Shown: piece after piece, positions 54,862 to 64,000 of the stretch
How the letters are laid out: each line of letters begins with the position of its first letter
How positions within the stretch are numbered: position 1 is the stretch's first letter
From: Trueperaceae bacterium
GTDB lineage: Bacteria > Deinococcota > Deinococci > Deinococcales > Trueperaceae
Reading direction: 5' to 3'
Assembly: GCA_034521815.1 (NCBI GenBank)
Contig: JAXHLW010000013.1
Location: 544,001 to 608,000 of the forward strand
Length of the DNA: 64,000 nucleotides
Program-made: the position numbers and the translations under genes
The notes under the pieces: generated by a model
Told to the model about the DNA's origin: nothing
What the model saw: only the letters and a program-made list of their open reading frames with translations
The model's database searches: none

Positions 54862-57125
54862 GTGGCGCGGCTCCTGATCTGCCTGGCGATCGCCACGCTG
54901 CTGGCCGTCGCCGGGGCGCAAGAGTCGGCACGTGCGAACCGGTGCCCGAACCGTCTCAGGACGCGACGGAGGTCCGCAGGCGTGGCGCTGCGGCCCTGCT
55001 GGACACGCCCCTGGGCCAGCCGTGCGGTGACGACGGCGCCGTCGTCGAGATCGAGGGCGTGGGGCGGGCCGTCTACGACACGATCCTGTTCGATGGCGCA
55101 GAGGGAATCGCCCGCCTGTCGGGCGGCGTGTGCATCGAGGTGCCCCAGATCGAGCTTCGCCTGCGGGCCGACGTCGTGGAGCTGTCGGGACTGAACGTCG
55201 ATGCGGCCGCGGACGCCCCGCCGCCCGTCCTGCGTGCCGGTCCGGCCGTCCTCGGGGTCGCGGGCTGGCGGCTGCGCGTCGAGGAGCTGACCGGTCCGGT
55301 CGATGCCCTGTCGGTGCGGGGCGTGATCGTGTTGGGCGCCGGCGTGGTCGGCACGGCCCGCAACGGCCGGTTCTCGGAGGCCGGCTCCATCCTGAACGAC
55401 GTGTCGCTCGCGACGAGCGACTACCTGCTGGACGCGCGTTCCGCGCGCCTGGAGGGGAGCGAGCTGGTTCTGACCGACGCCAGCGGAACGAGCTGCACCT
55501 GCGGGGTCGAGCGCTACCGGCTGCTGGGTCGGACCGTGCGCACGACGATTCCCAGGTTGGGAGGCTCGGTCGAGGGGGCGATGGCAGAACCCACCGAGAC
55601 GATCATCGAGGAGCCTCGCCTGCGCATCCTCGGCGTCGAGATCCCGCTGGGCGACGAGCTGGTCCTCGGCCCGGACGGTCCTCGGGTGGAGCTGCCCGTC
55701 GAGGTGGCCGAGCGCGACGGCCTGGGCACGGTCGCCGTCCTGCGCCAGGGCGACCTCGCCGTGGGCCGGCTGGAGCTGGGTGTCGCCAGCGAGCCGCACC
55801 TCGCGCCGCTGGCGTCGCTGCGCGTGCAGCAGGGCGGCACGGTGGTGGCCATGCAGGTGGACGGTCGCGGCCTGGATCTGACGGCCCGGGACCGCCGGCC
55901 GCTGGGCAGCGGGGTGTGGGCCGAGGGGTTCACCGACCTCGATCTGCAGAGCGATCCGGGCGTGCTCCGCAGTGGTGGCACCCTGGGCTGGTCCGGCCGG
56001 ACGCCGGTGCCGCTGGGATCGCTGGAGGGCGTCACGGCACGATTGGACGTCCGCGCGGGCGCCGAAATCGCTGCCGAGCCCGCCACGGTCGGTCCCGGCG
56101 CGGGCTCGGGTCCGGCATCGATCCGACTGCCGGGACGGGCGGACGCGAGGGTGGACGCGCCGCTGGCGTCGTGGGCGCGCGCGTCGCTCCGGGTGACGGG
56201 TCAGGCCGTCGCGTACCCCGGCGCGATCGTCGCTACCGCGGCTTCAGGCGGCGATGCGGCCCCCAGCGCTCGGTTCGGCCAGGCAGCCGTGAGCCTGGAG
56301 CCGTCGATCCGCTTTCAACACTCCGGCAGCAGCCTAGAGCTGGGCGGCATCCGCCGCTGGTCGGCGGGCGCCAGCCCGTTCGCGTTCGACGAGATCGGCG
56401 ATCGTGCCCGGATCAGCGCGGACGCGGTGCTGGCCGCCGGGCCGGTTCGCGCTCGCGCCGACGTGCTCTGGCGCTTCGCGCCCGAAGCCCCGGGCGCCGA
56501 GGATCTCGAAGCCCGGCTGTCGGCGCCCGTGAGCTTGGGCGGGGGCTGGAGCGTGACGCCCGCGGTGGAGGCGGACCTGGCCGGTCTGGCCGGCGGTCCC
56601 AGTGACGAGGACTGGCTCGAGGCGAGGCTCGACCTCGCGCGCGAAGGCCAGGGCGACCGTGCCCGCTTCGACCCCGCGATCGAAGGCGAGCTGGCCGTCC
56701 GCTGGGACGCGCAGGCGTGGACGGTCCGGTCGGCTCGGGCCGGCGTGCGCGGCTCCGTCAGTGACGATCTGGGTCTGGGCCTCGAGGCCGAGCTCGAGCC
56801 AGGTCCGTGGACGCTGAGCTCGCTCCAGGCGTCCGCCTGGTGGCCGATCGACCTGGGAGGCGACGAGGCGGGCGTGCGCCTCGTGCCGTACGTCGCGCTG
56901 GACGTGGCGCCGTGGTGGACGGGGGAGGGCGGTCCGCGCCTGGCCGGTCACGGACTGCGCGCGTACCTGCGGGACTGCTGCGGCACGCTGATCGTCGGCT
57001 ACCGGGCGAGCGACGACGACGGCGTGGAGATCGAGCTGGGCGTACGGCTTCCGACGCTGGAGCTGGGCGACCTGCCGGTCGAGGAGCTGCTGAGGGACCT
57101 GCCGTTGTATGGTGACGCGCCGTGA
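54862..57125 (+). CDS. LptD-like outer membrane protein (signal peptide offset by frameshift near 54935)
   Basis: Signal peptide, N-terminal jellyroll-like strands with TSCTC, long beta-barrel-like region, YLRDCCG.L.VGY near the C-terminus; adjacent to LptF/G. Confidence 0.65.
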
Positions 57126-58247
57126 AGCGGATCGATCGCGCCCTCCTGGCCGAGGCCCTGCCGGCACTGATGTTCGGGGCGCTGCTGTACTCCACGTTGG
57201 CGGTGACCAGCGCGACGCTGCCGCGCCTCACCTGGCTGGTGGGCGCCACCGTGCCGGAGCTGCTGCGCTGGCTGGCGGCGCAGCTGCCGACCGCGCTGGC
57301 GCAGACGATGCCGATCGCGATGGTGCTGGCGGTGCTGCTCACCTTCGGCCGGATGGAGGGCGACAAGGAGCTGCTGGCGCTCAGGGCGGGCGGCGTGGCG
57401 CTGGGCCGGATCATCGCGCCGATGCTGCTGCTGGGCGCGCTGGCGACCGCCGGCACGCTGGCGCTGTACCAGTGGGTCACGCCCCGCACGCACGCCTGGG
57501 TGGCGACGGAGTACTGGCGCCTGACGGCCGGCGGGACCGGCCTGTTCCGGCTGGCGGGGCAGGCGCTGCCGGTGGGCGAGTTCGCGCTGACGTTCGACCG
57601 CACCGCGGGTCGCGGCTCGCGGATCGAGGGCGTCCGGATCGAGCGCTGGGAGGGCGAGCGCCTGACCCTGGTGCGGGCCGACTCGGCGGTGTTCGAGGGG
57701 ACCGAGCTGGTCTTGCGCGGCTACCGGACGCAGATCTTCGACCTGGCGGCGTTGGACCGCGAGGCGGCCAACGCCACCGAGCGTCTGCGCGACCTGGTGC
57801 GGCTGGACAACCGCGCGCCCGACCCAGGCGCCGAGCTGCGCCTGTCCGTGGGCGTCAGCGAGGAGGAGCTGGTCTCGCGCTTCTCGCGTGGCGGGTTCGA
57901 GGACGCGCGCTCGCTGACCGGCCTGGCCGACGCGTGGGGCGCCGCGGAGGCGGGAGACACGGAGCGCCGCACGGCCGGCGTGCTGTTCATGCGTCGCCTG
58001 GCGGAGCCGTTCGCGAACCTGGTGCTGCTGCTGGTCGCCCTGCCGCTGTCGCTGGGCTGGGCTCGGGGGCGCGGCGTGGCGTTCGGTCTGTCGCTGGTGG
58101 TGACGCTGGCGTGGTACCTGCTGTCCACCGTCGGGACAGTTCGCCGCGCAGTCGGGAACGCTGCCGGTCACCGTCGGCCCGTGGATCGCGAACGCCGTCC
58201 TGGGCGGGATCGGCTTGATGCTGTTGGCGCGGCTGCGGACGCGCTAA
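57122..58247 (+). CDS. LptF/LptG family permease (frameshift near 58137)
   Basis: MKRIDR.L..E, P.A..LAVLLTFGR...KELLALRAGG, AEPFAN..L...PL; final PWIANAV TM in shifted frame ending TAA 58247. Confidence 0.88.
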
Positions 58248-58331
58248 ATCCGCCTGAAGTAAGAGAACCGTTGCTCGAACCGTCGCATCTTCATGGCAAG
58301 ACCTCGCAGCTCCAACTGCGTGGCGTGTCTT

Positions 58332-58399
58332 CGGAGGCGATGAACCCCGTGCCGTATTTGGGCGCTTAGGCCCGGGGGGAGCCAGTAGCGCAACCGGCC
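58332..58399 (+). ncRNA. c-di-GMP-II riboswitch
   Basis: CGGAGGCGATGAA..GTATTTGGGCGCTT..GGAGCCAGTAGCGCAACCGGCC fits the class II consensus; GCGCT/AGCGC pseudoknot pairing. Confidence 0.85.
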
Positions 58400-58415
58400 G
58401 AAAACCGGAGGCACC

Positions 58416-59509
58416 ATGATGAGACGACTCGCTCCGCTCCTCCTTCTTTTCGCCTTGCTGGCCGCCTGCTCGCAGGCGCCGGCCCCGACGACGCCGCTGC
58501 GCGTGGTCGGGCTCAGCCCCGTCGCCGGCGCCGCGGACGTCCCGCTGGACACGTCCGTCACCGTCCGCTTCGACGGCGACGTCGACGAGGCGCTGTTGCA
58601 CGACGGCGTCCTGGCCCTCCAGGCGGGCTCCACGGCCGTGGCCGGCGCGCTCTCGTACGACGCCGACGCTCGCACCCTGACCTTCAGCCCCGGCACGCTG
58701 CTGCAGGCCGCGACGACCTACTCGGTCGTGCTGTCCAGCGACGTGCGCTCCGCCGACGGCGGCGAGCTGCAGCTCTCGAGCGACTGGAGCTTCACCACCG
58801 TCGCCACGCAGACCGCCGATCCAGTGGACGACGCGACCCGCGACACCGACGGCGACGGCCTTCCCGACGTCGACGATCCCGATCCCAACGACTCCGACTG
58901 CCGACGGTGACGGCCTGCTGGACGGCGACGACCCGAACCCCACCAACCCCGACGCGGACAACGACCGTCTCCTGGACGGGGTAGACCCCGACCCCTCCAA
59001 CCCGGACACCGACGGCGACGGAATCCTCGATGGTGACGACCCGTACCCCAGCGACCCCGACGCGGATGACGACGGCCTGCGCGACGGCGACGATCCCGAT
59101 CCTTCCGATCCCGACGTGGACGGCAACGGCGTTCGCGACGGTGCGGACGTGGACATCGACGTCCCGGGCGTCGCCTCGGTCGGTCCGGCTCCCTGGTCGA
59201 CCGTCGAGCGCAACGCGGAGATTCGCATCCGTTTCGACGTGCCGATCGATCCCGGTCGCTGGACCGCGACGAGATCCGGGTGTACAGCGGCTTCGTGCCC
59301 GGATTCATCGAGATGTACTGGCTCGGCGGCCCCGGCATCGACGTGTACGTTCAGCGTACGACGAGGCGACGCAGGAGGCGGTCTTCACCCCCTCGACGCC
59401 CATGAAGGCGGACGAGTGGCACTGGGTCGTCCTCGACCTGAACGTCGCCGACCTGGCGGGCAACGTGTTCGCCGGCGAAGGGATCTGGCTGTTCGCCACC
59501 GAGCGCTGA
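58416..59509 (+). CDS. lipoprotein with Ig-like domains flanking Asp-rich Ca-binding repeats (frameshifts near 58899 and 59270-59350)
   Basis: LAAC lipobox; Big_5-like SP..GA.DVPLD..V.V.F..LTFSP..WSFTT; DxDxDG repeats; second Ig-like domain VFTP..VADLAGN..W.F.T. Confidence 0.8.
58842..59148 (+). repeat. about 5.5 tandem 54-nt (18-aa) DxDxDGxxDxxDPxP repeats
   Basis: DTDGDGLPDVDDPDPNDS / DADGDGLLDGDDPNPTNP / DADNDRLLDGVDPDPSNP / DTDGDGILDGDDPYPSDP / DADDDGLRDGDDPDPSDP / DVDGNGVRDGAD. Confidence 0.88.
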
Positions 59510-59528
59510 TCCGCTCCTGAGCCTCACG

Positions 59529-59561
59529 GCGCCGTCCCGGGAATCGATCCCGGGACGGCGC
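59529..59561 (+). terminator. strong hairpin after the lipoprotein gene
   Basis: GCGCCGTCCCGGGA-ATCGA-TCCCGGGACGGCGC 14-bp stem followed by TTCGTGTT. Confidence 0.65.
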
Positions 59562-59679
59562 TTCGTGTTCCGATCTTGGCGCGACGCGCTGCCCGTGTCC
59601 GCGGTCCCTCAGGCACGTGCCACCGCGTCGTTCCCCATTCCCGCGTCCGCACGGCCCCGGTGGTATCGTTCGAGACCTG

Positions 59680-61871
<2,192 letters not shown>

Positions 61872-61875
<4 letters not shown>

Positions 61876-62453
61876 GCGGGCCGGACGGCCGCTCCGCGGC
61901 TCCGCCCGCCCGTCCCGAGGACGCGGACGTGTCCGTCCTGTTCGTCTGCCTGGGGAACATCTGCCGCAGCCCGACGGCGGAGGGCGTGTTCCGGCGCATG
62001 CTGAGCGAGGCGGGTCTGGAGGACCGCGTGTTCGTCGATTCGGCCGGGACCGGCGACTGGCACGTGGGCCAGCCGCCCGACGCGCGGGCGACGGCCGCAG
62101 CGCGGCGGCGCGGGATCGACCTGTCCGGCCTGCGGGCGCGACAGACGACGCCCGAGGACCTGGAGCGGTTCGACTACGTCGTCGCGATGGACGCCAGCAA
62201 CGTCGCGTCGCTCGAGAGGCTGCGTCGGAGCCTCGACGACGGTCGACGGCGGCAGCCGCGTGGTCCGGCTCCTGGACTTCGCCAGCGACCGAAGGACCGC
62301 GATGCGACCGATCCCACGCCCCGCGACGTGCCCGACCCGTACTTCGGCGGTCGCGACGGCTTCGAGCGGGTGCTGGACCTGATCGAGGACGGCTGCACTG
62401 GCTTGCTTGAGGAGATCCGAAAAAGCGTCCCGCCGGTGACCAACGGCACCTGA
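61872..62453 (+). CDS. low molecular weight protein-tyrosine phosphatase
   Basis: FVCLGNICRSPTAE, DSAGT, AMD, VPDPYFGG; RLLDF sits in another frame (compensating indels ~62245-62295). Confidence 0.92.
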
Positions 62454-62795
62454 CGATCACCCCTTATGGCTGCTGCTTCCGCCCTGACCAGGTTCGGGGG
62501 TCGCCACCGCGTTGGGCCGGCGAGACGGGGGAGAAGGTACCACAGCGGCGTCGGTCGTCGGGTCGACTGCCGCTGCGACGTCTCGCGTCGCCTCGGCCAC
62601 TGCACCGCTTCCGAATCCTAGGCACTTGCCGAACGAGGTGGGCGCCGTGTGACGGAATCGTAAGAGATTTGTAAGAGTCGCGGAGTACATTAGGAATCGA
62701 CGCGGGCATCGGGCCTGCGCTCGCACTTTGCACGAGGGCGCACGAAACTCATCCATATTATCGTTCGTGCCGCCCGCACCGAAAGGAGCGCTTCC

Positions 62796-63144
62796 ATGCG
62801 CAACCGCAACACGCAAGGCTTCACCCTGATCGAGCTGCTGATCGTCATCGCGATCATCGGCATCCTCGCAGCGGTTCTCATTCCGAACCTTCTTGGTGCC
62901 CGCCGCGCAGCAATTGACACAGGTGCTGAGGCTTATGCACGGAACTGCGTCACGGCAGCGGCTGTCAAGATTGAGAAGCGGAGACATTGCAGGTGTTACG
63001 ACGTGTGAGGCTTTAGGGCGAGGATGCCTCCCGACTACGTTACTTCCGCCCAGACCGACGAATTTGGTACAGAAGTCACCGGTGAAGTATACGAACGGTG
63101 GAGGGGTAGGAGCGGAAGAGGTTACCATCCCAACGAATTTCTAG
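62796..63144 (+). CDS. type IV pilin (C-terminal part broken by indels)
   Basis: AAAGGAG SD; MRNRNTQG|FTLIELLIVIAIIGILAAVLIPNL; plausible continuation to stop 63144 across frameshifts. Confidence 0.85.
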
Positions 63145-63436
63145 TCCAGGCCTGATACGTCACATCGGGCCGCTTTGTGCCGTTTTGTGCTTTATATACC
63201 ACAGTTCACGCATGTTCCGCACTTCTTGATCACGGATTCATTTGAATGGCGAGGCCGCTTGGTCAGAGTTTAGGTGCTTGCGCGGATAAGTCATGATTCC
63301 CTCAGCACGTGTGAACTGCCGGAGGGCTTCGTCATCCTTCGTCCATGGACCGGTGGTCACCCCCGTCCACACGATTGCATTGGTCGAACATCGATCCGGG
63401 TGCGAACCGAATGCTGTACCGCCTAAACTGCGGATC

Positions 63437-63936
63437 GTGAACCAGCGGACACGCACCGGCAGTGACGTTTTTCGTCGAGCTTCTGATCACCCTTGGCGTG
63501 ATCTCGATTCTGCTGGGCATCGGCTTCGTGAACCTCCGAACGCCGGCGTCGTCGCTGTTCGCTCAAGACCTCAAGGCACAGTTGATGCAGGCCCGACAGG
63601 AAGCGGTCAAGCGCAACGGACCCGTCGCCGTCGTGTGGCAAGAATCGTTCGAGGAAGTGACGACGAGATTCACCGACACGCGCGACTGGGCGTTCTCCTC
63701 ATCGCCGTGTTTCGACTCGCCCGCCACGGTCCTTCGTACCCGCTCGGCCAGCGAGTACGGCAGCTTGGCCATCGAAGTTGACCCGTCGGACGTAGCGGGA
63801 ACCGTGTTTCTTCCCAACGGCCAGCGGCGCGGTTGCGACGGAGCCGACTGCAAGCACCGTGCAGATATCGGTCGATGATGGTCGGAACTCGAGAACCGTG
63901 ACGATTCAACCCCTCGGAAGGGTGGAGATCGAATGA
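63437..63936 (+). CDS. FimT/GspH-like minor pilin (frameshifts near 63460 and 63845)
   Basis: TG..TF.VELLITLGVISIL, ARQEAVKRN..V.V, FLPNG; tail RTVTIQPLGRVEIE ends in ATGA overlap. Confidence 0.75.
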
Positions 63937-64000
63937 ACAGGCGTGCTCGGTCAGGGGCATTCACACTCATCGAGGTGCTCATCGCCCTCGTCGTTCTTGG
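63933..64000 (+). CDS. prepilin-like protein, partial
   Basis: MNRRARSGA|FTLIEVLIALVVL runs off the window edge. Confidence 0.75.
   Translation, partial: MNRRARSGAFTLIEVLIALVVL

Noticed and set aside
58842-59148. CRISPR-like periodic repeat
   Set aside because: Degenerate in-frame protein repeats without unique spacers or cas genes
62700-62795. c-di-GMP-I riboswitch before the pilin
   Set aside because: Lacks the GGCAAA..GAAA..GACGCAAA pattern
63145-63436. Hidden gene or mobile element in the AT-richer spacer
   Set aside because: No convincing ORF, terminal inverted repeats or transposase fragment recognised

Overview
Very GC-rich bacterial chromosome segment. The gene order (pilM-N-O-W-Q-aroC-aroK-aroB, short IF2, fused SecDF, giant TamB-like gene, many leaderless starts) points to Deinococcota, probably Truepera-like (inference). 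It is mostly housekeeping DNA: shikimate pathway, type IV pilus assembly, ftsH, dnaB, prmA, secDF, rimP-nusA-ylxR-infB, pheST, glmS, glgA, ctpA, pckA, trpC, an M16 peptidase pair, rel, and the start of a lower-GC pilin cluster. Many single-base frameshifts, including one in essential pheT, suggest indel errors in the assembly. Most notable: (1) a leaderless, membrane-targeted ORF ending RRNLEGG just upstream of secDF, a candidate secretion-monitoring arrest peptide; (2) a PlsY-like domain with altered catalytic motifs fused to an acyl-ACP-reductase-like domain; (3) two leaderless leader-peptide attenuators (pheST and an aminotransferase); (4) a rearranged glmS ribozyme; (5) a c-di-GMP-II riboswitch before a Ca-binding-repeat lipoprotein; (6) an Lpt-like operon and a ~3,580-aa TamB-like protein in a lineage that lacks LPS. 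No tRNA, rRNA, CRISPR array or mobile element was recognised.
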